42,159 nt of DNA. Source: Lysobacterales bacterium (GTDB taxonomy: Bacteria; Pseudomonadota; Gammaproteobacteria; Xanthomonadales; Xanthomonadaceae). The notes beneath the pieces were generated by a model that made no database searches, was not told the DNA's origin, and was given only the letters and a program-made list of their open reading frames with translations. Below, piece after piece: positions 1 through 8,221 of the stretch. Positions within the stretch are counted from its first letter, which is position 1. The number at the start of each line of letters is the position of its first letter. The translations under genes and the position numbers were made by a program. The stretch covers positions 1 through 42,159 of the forward strand of contig JBBSIY010000001.1 of NCBI GenBank assembly GCA_038257785.1. The letters are read 5' to 3'.

Positions 1-118
1 CAATCAGCCGCTCGGTCAGCGGGTCGCCTTTCGGCTGCGCCTGCACTGTGCTGACGGATAGAGCCATACACAGGCCGAAACCGACCGTGCGCGGCAGGCG
101 CAACAAGAAACTGGACAT
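1..118 (-). CDS. 5' end (39 codons) of a signal-peptide protein; the gene continues past the left window edge
   Basis: The ATG is the complement of 116-118. Hand translation gives MSSFLLRLPRTVGFGLCMALSVSTVQAQPKGDPLTERLI. This shows a basic n-region, a hydrophobic core and a VQA|Q cleavage-like site. It is absent from the ORF track because there is no stop inside the window. Confidence 0.35.
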   Translation of the reverse strand, partial: MSSFLLRLPRTVGFGLCMALSVSTVQAQPKGDPLTERLI

Positions 119-281
119 CGATACGCTCCGAGAGGCATCAACGGCCGCGGACGGCCGCCGGGAAATGGGCCGTCATAGCGTATGACTGTCGGATTGCGGT
201 TTTATGACAGCGCGAACTGTCTCGATTGCTTTCTGTGGGATGCCCGCCGCAGCGCGCGCTGCGTTGGGTCAACGCGGGCGG

Positions 282-2075
282 CTAAGCTTTCAGTGAGCCA
301 GCGCCCTGCGCCGGTTGTCCGCGCGAGATAGGCGGCGCACGCCGGTGAGCAAGCCAAAGGCCGACAATGACCGTTAGCAACAGCCATAGCGGTAACAGCT
401 TGCCGCCCAGCGGGATCGCAACGGGCGGCGTCACCGTCGGAGCCGGCCCCAGACTTCCCAGTGTCTGGTTCTGGCTAACCTGCTGCACGGGTATTTCGAC
501 CGCCATGCCGCCGGGCGTCTCGGTCCATCCTTTGGTCACCGCCAGCGCGCGCCAAGCGCGGCGATACAGCAGACGCGTCTCAACTTGCACTTCTGCCGAC
601 TCTGGCGTGCCGGTCGGCACGGCAAATAGATACTGACTTAGATCGACCGCAGCTGATGGAATCAGGGTATCGACCGCGCTTTCTGCGTCGATAAACAGCA
701 CCGGCGAAACTTGCGCGCCTTGACCATTAATGCGGCCCTGCAAAAGCTTGGCAAACCCCTTGCCGGGTCGCCCTGCCAGATCGCCAGCCTGCACGCCGGG
801 CACATCGTCACTGCCCCAGAACGGCACGGTCGGCCCGCTTATTTGGGTGAGCGGCACGCCGCCGATACTGGCTTCCACCACCAGCACTGCGTTGCGGATA
901 GAGATGCCGGTCGGGAAGGCGTGACCGGTGCGATTCTCAACTTCCGCTCGCACGCGCACGCCTTGCGCGTCGCGCTGCAGGGCGACGCGCAAATCGATAT
1001 TCGCAGTCAAGGTTTCGGGTGTCGCCCCGACAAATGCATGGCTGTGACGCTGCGCAGCGGGACGCTCCGGACCACCGCTGCCGATGCTGCCGGTGTCGCC
1101 GCGCGACGGCATGTGGCAGTCCTGACAGCTGCGAAAGTTGGGTCCGGGCTGTGCAAACGGCGAGGTCAACCACTCGGAATAAGTGGCCTGTCCCGGCGCG
1201 CCAGTGGTGGGATTTTTGTACTCGTGACAGCTGGCGCACAGGATCGACTGACCAAACTGAGGCTGATAGACGTTCTGCATCGGAATCCGATCCACATCAG
1301 GCAGGTTGCCAAATACGTGGAACGAGGTCTGCGCGTCCGCCTCTGGGAAGCGATACGTTGCGTTACCCAGATGATGCAGGGCATCGACATTGCCGTTGAC
1401 TTCAGAAATCTGATGGCAGGCCAAACACGTAACGCCGTCACGGCCGGCCGGTGTCACCACGTCGTCAAAGTCCAGCTCGCCGGGGGTGAACACGTCTTCC
1501 AATGGCGCATGACATGTCGCGCATAGGCCGCTGTTGTCATCGGCGTGCGTATCGCGAAACACATAGCCGGCACTGCCGCCCGCGCTGCCGTCACCTGAAT
1601 ACAAATCGCGCACCCAGAAGTTGTCAGCAGCGCCGGAATGCCGCGCGGTCCGCCACTCCTGCACATACTCGCTGTGGCAGGCGATGCACAGCTGTCCCGC
1701 CGCCGGCGGCGGGGAGCTGGCCTTTTCGACCGTCGATAGCTGGGACAAACGCAGCTCTACGTCGGTCAAGCCATCGAACACCTGCTGGGTGTCGGTCAGG
1801 TAGTTGGCGCTAGCTGTTGAGCTGTACTCAACAGCGGCTGCTAGCTCGAAAATGCCGGACTCGGACAGCGGCAGCACAAAGCTGCCGTCGGCCAAGGTGC
1901 GAGTCGGTGGAATGTCAGGCCTCGCCCGCACAGAAATCACCGCATCGACTAGCGGCGCTTCGGTGGCGTCATCGACCACGCGACCCGCAACATCGGCAAA
2001 CGCCGTGCCGGTCGCCAGCAGCGTACACACGCCTACCGCCAACGCAATCCGCCACAGAATCAAGCCGCCACGCAT
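282..2075 (-). CDS. Pentaheme c-type cytochrome with N-terminal signal peptide, CarboxypepD_reg-like beta-sandwich and C-terminal hydrophobic anchor
   Basis: There are five CxxCH heme-attachment motifs in frame: CQDCH 1113-1127, CASCH 1224-1238, CLACH 1413-1427, CATCH 1509-1523 and CIACH 1674-1688. The signal peptide is LAVGVCTLLATGTAFA|D. VAGRVVDDATEAPLVDAVISV..DGSFVL resembles a carboxypeptidase-regulatory-like fold. An NRTGHAFPTG block lies in the C-terminal half. The only non-heme Cys is in the signal peptide. Confidence 0.85.
   Translation of the reverse strand: MRGGLILWRIALAVGVCTLLATGTAFADVAGRVVDDATEAPLVDAVISVRARPDIPPTRTLADGSFVLPLSESGIFELAAAVEYSSTASANYLTDTQQVFDGLTDVELRLSQLSTVEKASSPPPAAGQLCIACHSEYVQEWRTARHSGAADNFWVRDLYSGDGSAGGSAGYVFRDTHADDNSGLCATCHAPLEDVFTPGELDFDDVVTPAGRDGVTCLACHQISEVNGNVDALHHLGNATYRFPEADAQTSFHVFGNLPDVDRIPMQNVYQPQFGQSILCASCHEYKNPTTGAPGQATYSEWLTSPFAQPGPNFRSCQDCHMPSRGDTGSIGSGGPERPAAQRHSHAFVGATPETLTANIDLRVALQRDAQGVRVRAEVENRTGHAFPTGISIRNAVLVVEASIGGVPLTQISGPTVPFWGSDDVPGVQAGDLAGRPGKGFAKLLQGRINGQGAQVSPVLFIDAESAVDTLIPSAAVDLSQYLFAVPTGTPESAEVQVETRLLYRRAWRALAVTKGWTETPGGMAVEIPVQQVSQNQTLGSLGPAPTVTPPVAIPLGGKLLPLWLLLTVIVGLWLAHRRAPPISRGQPAQGAGSLKA
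339..416 (-). other. C-terminal IPL-Gly-Gly + TM helix + HRR tail of the cytochrome (degenerate IPTL-CTERM-like sorting signal or plain C-terminal membrane anchor)
   Basis: The sequence reads ..PPVAIPLGGKLLPLWLLLTVIVGLWLAHRR, followed by 18 further residues. The layout (short motif, ~20 hydrophobic residues, basic cluster) matches that of the clear IPTV signal at 30801-30884. Confidence 0.4.
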
Positions 2076-2080
2076 GCGCT

Positions 2081-4081
2081 TTACTCGAAACCGTTCTTCA
2101 TGATGCCGTTACCCAATCCGGCGGGTCCGACTATGCTATTGCTCAACGTCAGCACGCCTTGCTGCGGATTGGCGATGCCCAGATCAATTGAGACGACGTC
2201 GCTGCTCGGCGTGACGTCGCTAATCACGCTGAACCGATACAGCGTGCCCCAGTTGAGGGCGTTATCCGCTGGCGCTGTCCACTCGACGGCCCCCGGGGTG
2301 ACGCTGCCAGTCCAGTTATTGGCTGGATTGATGTCGTTGTCAGCGAAGTTGACCTCAGGCTCAAGATAGACCGACGTACGCGCGCTAGTCGCGATTTTGA
2401 AGGTGTTAAAACCCTTCGCTCCCGTCACCCGAAAATTGGGCGGCGTGCCCGAGGTTGACTCGGCGGTCGCAAAGTCAAAGTTATGCACGGCGTAGTCGTA
2501 GCGATAGCAAGTGCCAACCAAACCAGAGGCAGCGGGGCAGGCATTTAGCAGCTTGGTTTTGACAGCCACGCGAGCGCGACCGGCGCTGCTCGCTAACTCA
2601 ACGTTACGCGTCGGGTTGGCCACCGGATCGACCCAGTCGTTGATCACCGGGCCTCGCGTAAACCCGCTCTGCGAGCCTGGTGCCCAACCGCCTCCGCCAG
2701 CTGACGGAGTAATCGTGCGGCGGCCCATCGTGTTGTAGATATTGATGTCTTCGAGCACCACGTACCAGGACTCTGTCCAATACTGAGCGCCGGCTACGGC
2801 AAGCTGGGACTCGCGCACGCGCAGGCGCTGGCTGTAGCAGCCGTCCGCAGCAGACGAGGTGCAGCCGGGCACGTTGTTTTGGCCGCCGTCGCAATTGGTG
2901 TCAAAAATAGAGCCACAGCGGCCCCACTGGCCAGACGCCGGCAGGATTTCGCTACGCGGACCCAAATCCCTGGCGTTGTCGTTGTTACCGGTGCCGTAGG
3001 TGTCACTACAGTTTTTATTCAGTACGTGATTGCCAAAGGCGTTTGAGCACTGCCCAGAGTTAGTGGTCAAGAACGCGTGCTTAGTGCCGGAGACTCCGAT
3101 CTGCTCCAGCTGACCATCGACGATACGGAACATGTTCCAGACCAGATACGGATGCTGGTCGTTGCCCATATAGGGATAGCTCCACGGGCTGGTCGTGAAC
3201 TTCTCATACCAAGGCACGTCGGCGGTATTGGCATTGTTGGTGTTGAGCAAGGTCGCGCTTGGCGCAAACACCACTTCACCATCGTCTCCGCCAACGCCGT
3301 CGCAGCCGTTGGTGGTGCCGTTGGAACGTCGACAGCGCATGAAGCTCATTGAATAGTCAAACAACAACACGTCGGCTTGGTAGGTGATGCCGCTCGCGAC
3401 CGTGCCGTGAAAATTTGGCGTCGCGTTGCCTTTGGGACGCGGCGTCATTTCGCGACTGCGTGCAATCACGGCAGCTTTCAGCTGCACTTCACCGATGTAT
3501 GCGTCAATCAACGCCGCATCTCCAACGCGCTTTGCGAGCAGTGCCGAGGCACGAAGGTCAGCAGTGCGCACGCTGAAAACTCGGTAGTCGCTCAAGAACT
3601 CGTACATCAGGTGATTAACGTAGACCCACGCCTCGCCATCGGCACCAACCAGCTCAAGCCGCGCCGGGTTGTCGGCCGATGCGCGAATCTTGGCATCACG
3701 TAAATCGATGCGGCTGCCGTCTTTCAGCGTTAGCTCAAAGCCGCCGCGCAGCTGCAAACCACCGTCCAAAAATCGATCAAAGCTGCCATCGGGCGCGTTT
3801 AGCTTGAGGCCGCCGCTGGCAATCAACGGAAAGATGCCGAACTCACGAGTTTGGGTGTCGAGCACGCCTGAGCTCATATCGACGCCGACGCCAAACAGCT
3901 CCAAAAAGCTCTCGTTAAAGCGCATCCGCATATCGCCGCCGTCGACGCGCCAGATCTGCGGGGTTACGGTGTCGCTTTGCGGCGCTGATTCCCGCACTGA
4001 ATCAGGCGTGGCGGCAATGCCCACGCTCGTTGCCAAAATCAATGCCAGCGCGGCCGTCAGCCGCTGCCAAGTCGTGTTCAT
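2081..4081 (-). CDS. Secreted Cys-rich protein of unknown function (666 aa)
   Basis: This is a long uninterrupted ORF with SD-like GAGAGGG upstream of the ATG at 4081. The signal peptide is LALILATSVGIAA|TP. Ten Cys residues sit in clustered pairs (CRRSNGTTNGC, C..NKNC, C..TNC..GC..DGC, C..GTC), suggesting five disulfides. I recognise no catalytic or family motif. Its stop lies 5 nt before the cytochrome start. Confidence 0.8.
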   Translation of the reverse strand: MNTTWQRLTAALALILATSVGIAATPDSVRESAPQSDTVTPQIWRVDGGDMRMRFNESFLELFGVGVDMSSGVLDTQTREFGIFPLIASGGLKLNAPDGSFDRFLDGGLQLRGGFELTLKDGSRIDLRDAKIRASADNPARLELVGADGEAWVYVNHLMYEFLSDYRVFSVRTADLRASALLAKRVGDAALIDAYIGEVQLKAAVIARSREMTPRPKGNATPNFHGTVASGITYQADVLLFDYSMSFMRCRRSNGTTNGCDGVGGDDGEVVFAPSATLLNTNNANTADVPWYEKFTTSPWSYPYMGNDQHPYLVWNMFRIVDGQLEQIGVSGTKHAFLTTNSGQCSNAFGNHVLNKNCSDTYGTGNNDNARDLGPRSEILPASGQWGRCGSIFDTNCDGGQNNVPGCTSSAADGCYSQRLRVRESQLAVAGAQYWTESWYVVLEDINIYNTMGRRTITPSAGGGGWAPGSQSGFTRGPVINDWVDPVANPTRNVELASSAGRARVAVKTKLLNACPAASGLVGTCYRYDYAVHNFDFATAESTSGTPPNFRVTGAKGFNTFKIATSARTSVYLEPEVNFADNDINPANNWTGSVTPGAVEWTAPADNALNWGTLYRFSVISDVTPSSDVVSIDLGIANPQQGVLTLSNSIVGPAGLGNGIMKNGFE

Positions 4082-4163
4082 CGGTCACCCTCTCGCTTAA
4101 CCCAATGACCGCAACCTGATGCTAGGCGCGGACCAGACCGATGACTATAAACCTATCGGGGTT

Positions 4164-4958
4164 TCAATTCTGTTCAGAATTTGTTGAGGGATGAATCGAT
4201 ACCCGCTGGTAGCGCCCTTGCAGCAGAGCGCCGGCACCGCCGACCTCGCATTCGGCGTGTTGCGAGGGGCGAACCACCAACCATTCATCCGCAAGCTCAA
4301 AAGAAACCCTACATTCTGCTTCCGCTGAGATTCCGTCGTAGCGTCCCGAAGCGCTTGCCCCATCGACGAGTACCGCCACCTCGCGCAGCTCACCAAATGC
4401 GGCCAAGCCGTAAACATCGAGCGGGCCGCGGGAAATGCGCATCCAGAACGCGTCAAGGCTCAAGGTCTCGTCACCGGTCGGGCTTAAGGTGATTTTGTTC
4501 CACGCGCCGTGGCCGGCGTATTGCCAGTAGTCGCCGATCGGGCCGTCAGGTGCGGCTAGGTCGCCGCAGCGCTTCTGCCACTGGCGCAGGTTGGCTTGCG
4601 TGCCACGATTGTCTGCGTCTGCGAGCTCAAGAAACGCGCTCGCTTTTCGACACTCGGCGGCCTGCAGGGCAGCCAACGCGGCATTGTTGATTGCCAGGTT
4701 GCGCGCCGCATTGGCTGCGCGTCCGTCGCCGTCGTCGTCAACGCCAGATTTCACGTCTGCGAGTTGGGTTTCAGCGAAGTCGATTTGCCGCGCAAAGTGC
4801 GCCGATGCCGATGCGTAATCCTTCGCCTGATAGGCCGCTGTGCCCTCGCGATTGCATTCACCGACGCTAGAACAGGTCGAGTCAGCGCCCGCCAGTGTGG
4901 GAGCCAGCGCGAGGACAGCTGCGCTCACCGTCAGCAGGCCAAAATTGGGCGACGTCAT
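4164..4958 (-). CDS. Secreted protein of unknown function (264 aa)
   Basis: I chose the internal ATG at 4956-4958 because it is preceded by GAAGGA and immediately yields a signal peptide (LLTVSAAVLALAPTLAGA|DS). The 56-codon upstream extension in the ORF track overlaps mlaA and is Arg-rich. I recognise no family. Confidence 0.6.
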   Translation of the reverse strand: MTSPNFGLLTVSAAVLALAPTLAGADSTCSSVGECNREGTAAYQAKDYASASAHFARQIDFAETQLADVKSGVDDDGDGRAANAARNLAINNAALAALQAAECRKASAFLELADADNRGTQANLRQWQKRCGDLAAPDGPIGDYWQYAGHGAWNKITLSPTGDETLSLDAFWMRISRGPLDVYGLAAFGELREVAVLVDGASASGRYDGISAEAECRVSFELADEWLVVRPSQHAECEVGGAGALLQGRYQRVSIHPSTNSEQN

Positions 4959-5041
4959 AGCTGCGTCCTTCGCCGAACAAATTGGCCGCTGACATAAAGC
5001 ACGCATCCGTGTAGCTTCCCCGAGCGGTGGCCGCAACATGC

Positions 5042-5902
5042 TCAGCGACGCAGTCGAATCGACTCCACGTCGGGCAGTTCGAACTCGTAGTCCGGCAGCA
5101 GGTAGTCGGGCAATTCGTCCGAGCAATCGACCAGCTGGCAGCGGCGGAACTGCAGGTACGCATCGCGCATCAGCAGGTATTCGTCGCCACCGCCGCGCAG
5201 AAAGGCATCGGCTGATAGCCCGCGCGAGCGCGCGTTGACGCCGTACAGCACGCTGTACTCAGCACCGTACTCCTCCGCGAACCACGTAATTGGGCTCACC
5301 CGCGTATTGACGCCCTTGCCAAGTCCGTCGCGGATGGTGGCCGGGCCAAACAGCGGCAGCATGATGTAGCGCGAGCGCTTCCAGCCCCAGCGGTGAAAGG
5401 TTTGACCGAAATCCTGATCGTAGGCCGGGATGCCCGCATGGGTCGCGGGGTCGAAAATACCGCCGAGGCCCAGCGTCGAGTTCATCAAAAATCGACCAAG
5501 CGAGCCCACAAACTTAATCGGCCGCCCCTGCAACAGCAGGTTCAGTGAGGTGATCGGCTGCTGCAGATTGCTGAAAAAGTTGGTGACGCCCCGCTGCGCC
5601 AAACGCGGCACGACGCGCGAGTACACAACAGCCGTCGGACGCAAGATGACACGATCCAGGGTGTTATTGAGTTTGAAAATCGGTCGATTGATGCGCTCCC
5701 ACGGGTCGATCTCACGGGCATCGAAGCCACCATCATCGGGCGCCAGCCCAAACGCCTCGTCTACGCCCGCATCGGATGTGACGGCATCTTGCGGCGGCGT
5801 TTCGGCTACGTCGCTTTGCGCAGCAGGAACGACCTCTTGCGCCTGCGCAGGCAGGGCAAGCAAGGCAATCAACGCCGCTGTAAGAAGAGAAGGTAAACGC
5901 AT
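5042..5902 (-). CDS. mlaA: MlaA/VacJ family outer-membrane lipoprotein
   Basis: DPWERINRPIFKLNNTLDRVILRPTAVVYSRVVP...NFFSNLQQP...LLQG...RFLMNSTLGLGGIFD is the VacJ/MlaA signature region. It directly follows mlaB on the same strand. Confidence 0.88.
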   Translation of the reverse strand: MRLPSLLTAALIALLALPAQAQEVVPAAQSDVAETPPQDAVTSDAGVDEAFGLAPDDGGFDAREIDPWERINRPIFKLNNTLDRVILRPTAVVYSRVVPRLAQRGVTNFFSNLQQPITSLNLLLQGRPIKFVGSLGRFLMNSTLGLGGIFDPATHAGIPAYDQDFGQTFHRWGWKRSRYIMLPLFGPATIRDGLGKGVNTRVSPITWFAEEYGAEYSVLYGVNARSRGLSADAFLRGGGDEYLLMRDAYLQFRRCQLVDCSDELPDYLLPDYEFELPDVESIRLRR

Positions 5903-5907
5903 AGGGT

Positions 5908-6186
5908 CTAGTTTCCGTCAGCCACAACCCGATGGGCAAGGCAAATCTGGCCGTAACGCGGCGGCGCAGCGACTATTTCCGGTCGCCTACTTTGCACCCC
6001 AGCCAGCGTTTGCAGGCAGCGAACTAGGGCAACGCCGGACGAGTCAATGGCGGTGACCGCGCTCAAATCAATCCGCGTGATGCCGCCGACCTGCGTGCGC
6101 AGCGACCGCCACAGCGCGGCAACGGTCGCCACCTCCAACGCGCCCGTCAGCCGCATGGTGGACTGCTCTGTAGCCGGACTATTCAC
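5908..6186 (-). CDS. mlaB: STAS-domain protein MlaB
   Basis: It is a 92-aa STAS-like protein (..IDLSAVTAIDSSGVALV..) in the expected position after mlaC, with an 8-nt overlap with mlaC. Confidence 0.7.
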   Translation of the reverse strand: MNSPATEQSTMRLTGALEVATVAALWRSLRTQVGGITRIDLSAVTAIDSSGVALVRCLQTLAGVQSRRPEIVAAPPRYGQICLAHRVVADGN

Positions 6187-6781
6187 CGGCTTTCAGCGAC
6201 CCTTCTGCCAGACGCTTGGTCACCGCATCCAAGCTGTCCGTGCGCAGAAGTGCATCAAACTGGCTGCGGTAGGTCTGGACGTACGACACACCCTCGACGA
6301 TGACGTCGAACGCTTTCCAGCCATCGGCGGTCTCGCGGAACAGATAGTCAATCGGCACCGGCGGGCCGTCCGGTCGCATGATTTCCGAATTGACCCGCAT
6401 CAGCTTGCCGTCGCGCAGCGGCGTTTCGGAACGGATCTGTACGTCCAACGCACCGGTGACTTGCAGCAGCGCCGCGCCATAGCGGTTGAGCAGGTTGGTG
6501 GTAAGCGCATCGGAAAACGCTGCGATTTGCTCCGGGCTTGCGCTGCGCGAGTGGCGCGCAAGTACCAGTCGTGCCGAATACTCACTGTCGAAAATGGTGT
6601 CGAGCTCGCTGCGCACAAACGCGTCGAGTTTGCTGCGATCGGCGCGGAATTCTTCACGCTTTGCAACGAGGGTATCGACCACGGTTTTTGAGCGACCAAG
6701 TACCAGCTCGCCCGGCGTCTCCGCATAGACGGGGGATGCAAGTACGCCTAGCAGCAGCGTGGTAAAAATTCTAAGGAACAT
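6179..6781 (-). CDS. mlaC: Periplasmic phospholipid-binding protein MlaC (Ttg2D family)
   Basis: It has a signal peptide (LLLGVLASPVYA|ET), the expected size, a Ttg2D-like sequence (..FDSEYSARLVLARHSR..) and the expected operon position. Confidence 0.8.
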   Translation of the reverse strand: MFLRIFTTLLLGVLASPVYAETPGELVLGRSKTVVDTLVAKREEFRADRSKLDAFVRSELDTIFDSEYSARLVLARHSRSASPEQIAAFSDALTTNLLNRYGAALLQVTGALDVQIRSETPLRDGKLMRVNSEIMRPDGPPVPIDYLFRETADGWKAFDVIVEGVSYVQTYRSQFDALLRTDSLDAVTKRLAEGSLKAGE

Positions 6782-6863
6782 GAGTCTCTCCAGTATTCAG
6801 GGGTAGCGGCTACGGTGCGTAATCGCGCTCCCGCAACGTTCTTACTTTGATGTAGCAGGATCA

Positions 6864-7451
6864 CTAGGGGGGAGTGGTCGAGTCATCGCTTGCACCTTCC
6901 GGCGTGTCTGCGCTCGACGCGTCACTGCTCGGGTTGGTGCTTTCCGACTTCACGCTGTCAGTCGGCCCGCCTGCAGACTGCCCACCATCGGAACCTCCAC
7001 CGTCGGCATTGCCAAACATGTATTTGCCGATTAACTGCTCCAGCACCACCGCCGACTGCGTCAACAATATTTCGTCTCCGTCTTTGAGCGCTTCCGGGTC
7101 GCCGCCGGGCGTCAGGCCGACATAGCGTTCGCCCAATAGACCGGACGTGAAGATGCCGGCCGATGTGTCGAGGGGAAGTTCACCGCCATCGGTGGATAGA
7201 CGCAGCGTGGCGACTGCCTCGAAGCGCTCAGGGTCCAGCACCAGCGCTGAGACTTCGCCGACTCGCACTCCAGCAATTTTGACCGGTGCTCGCGCTTTCA
7301 GCTCGCCCGTATTGGCGAAGCGGGCGACCACCTCGTAGGTGTCACCACCCAGTCGGTCAGCCGAATTGGTCGACGCAAACGCTAGCACCATGGCGCAAGC
7401 GAACCCCATCAGGATGAAGGCGCCTACGGTTAGTTCGAGTTTAAATTTCAT
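6864..7451 (-). CDS. mlaD: MCE-domain protein MlaD with Ser/Asp/Gly-rich C-terminal tail
   Basis: It has an N-terminal TM helix and an MCE core (YEVVARFANTGELKARAPVKIAGVRVGEV). The last ~49 aa are low complexity (GGGSDGGQSAGG..SSDASSADTPEGASDDSTTPP). Confidence 0.88.
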   Translation of the reverse strand: MKFKLELTVGAFILMGFACAMVLAFASTNSADRLGGDTYEVVARFANTGELKARAPVKIAGVRVGEVSALVLDPERFEAVATLRLSTDGGELPLDTSAGIFTSGLLGERYVGLTPGGDPEALKDGDEILLTQSAVVLEQLIGKYMFGNADGGGSDGGQSAGGPTDSVKSESTNPSSDASSADTPEGASDDSTTPP

Positions 7452-7465
7452 TGGTCGTGCGTCCG

Positions 7466-8221
7466 TCAGTACAGGGTGGCGGTAAGCAGAAAATCGAGAA
7501 ACAGCACCATCAGCGAGCCTTGCACCACGGCCTGCGTCGTCGCAACCGAGGTGCCTTCAATCGTCGGTTCGCTGTGGTAGCCAACATGCACCGCCACCAG
7601 CGTGCAGGCGACACCGAAGAAACCGGCCTTGGTGAAGCACTGGCCGAAATCCTGCACGAGGTCGACTGAACTGCGCAGCGAGCCCCAGAAAAAACCGCTG
7701 TCGATATGCAGCACCCACACGGCCTGCAGGTAGGCACCAAGGATCGCAAACGCACAAAACACCGCGGTCAGCAGCGGCACGCTGATCACGCCAGCGACAA
7801 AGCGCGGCGCAACGACTTTGCCCACCGGGTCAATCGCCATCATCGACAGCGCCATAATCTGGTCGGTTGCGCGCATTAGGCCGAGCTCGGCCGCCATCGA
7901 GGAACCGGCGCGGCCGCAAAACAAAATCGCCGCTAGCACCGGCCCGAGTTCGCGGTACAGAGGAATGCCGACGGCCGTGCCCAGCGCGCTGCCGGCGCCG
8001 ATGGTTTCCAGCGCGCGATAGCCCTGCAGTGAAATCACCAAGCCAACGAACAGGCCACCGACCGCGATGATCGGCAGCGAGCGAGCACCGATCGAATACA
8101 GCTGCCGGCTGATGTCGGCCAGCTGATCGCGATTGAAGCGCAAAGACGCCAGCACGCGTACGAGAAACAGTCCGACCTCGCCGACGCTTTGTACCGTCCC
8201 GCGTTGAGCAACATTACGCAT
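7466..8221 (-). CDS. mlaE: ABC permease MlaE
   Basis: It is an MlaE-type multi-TM permease (..SLPIIAVGGLFVGLV.SLQGY..LYRELGPVL..). I chose the ATG at 8219-8221, which overlaps the mlaF stop by 8 nt. The longer track ORF would run antisense-free into mlaF. Confidence 0.88.
   Translation of the reverse strand: MRNVAQRGTVQSVGEVGLFLVRVLASLRFNRDQLADISRQLYSIGARSLPIIAVGGLFVGLVISLQGYRALETIGAGSALGTAVGIPLYRELGPVLAAILFCGRAGSSMAAELGLMRATDQIMALSMMAIDPVGKVVAPRFVAGVISVPLLTAVFCAFAILGAYLQAVWVLHIDSGFFWGSLRSSVDLVQDFGQCFTKAGFFGVACTLVAVHVGYHSEPTIEGTSVATTQAVVQGSLMVLFLDFLLTATLY

Noticed and set aside
248-263. A perfect 16-nt GC palindrome (CGCAGCGCGCGCTGCG) lies just downstream of the cytochrome stop and could be a terminator.
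   Set aside because: There is no U-tract on the minus-strand transcript after the hairpin, and such GC palindromes are frequent in this composition. It could be a rho-dependent or REP-like element, but I cannot support that.
711-1526. A long plus-strand ORF (271 aa) lies antisense to the cytochrome gene. Many similar shadow ORFs lie opposite real genes: 5430-6056, 6047-6691, 8413-9063, 10013-10645, 14252-14842, 21739-22269, 22868-23392, 23233-23733, 28232-28871, 29129-29665, 29672-30058, 30065-30655, 34459-34974, 36474-36986, 37378-37959 and 40483-41052.
   Set aside because: Their translations are Arg/Ala/Pro/Ser-rich low-complexity sequence with no motifs. They fully overlap ORFs that carry strong family signatures. 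Long stop-free antisense frames are expected in GC-rich DNA.
4959-5126. N-terminal extensions of several track ORFs: 4959-5126, 8222-8308, 13672-13728, 14363-14440, 22206-22403, 26944-27006, 27054-27146 and 40405-40440.
   Set aside because: The extensions overlap the neighbouring gene or are Arg-rich and non-hydrophobic. Internal ATG/GTG codons give proper signal peptides or family-typical N-termini, and several have SD-like sequences. The ATPase and rhomboid starts remain uncertain.
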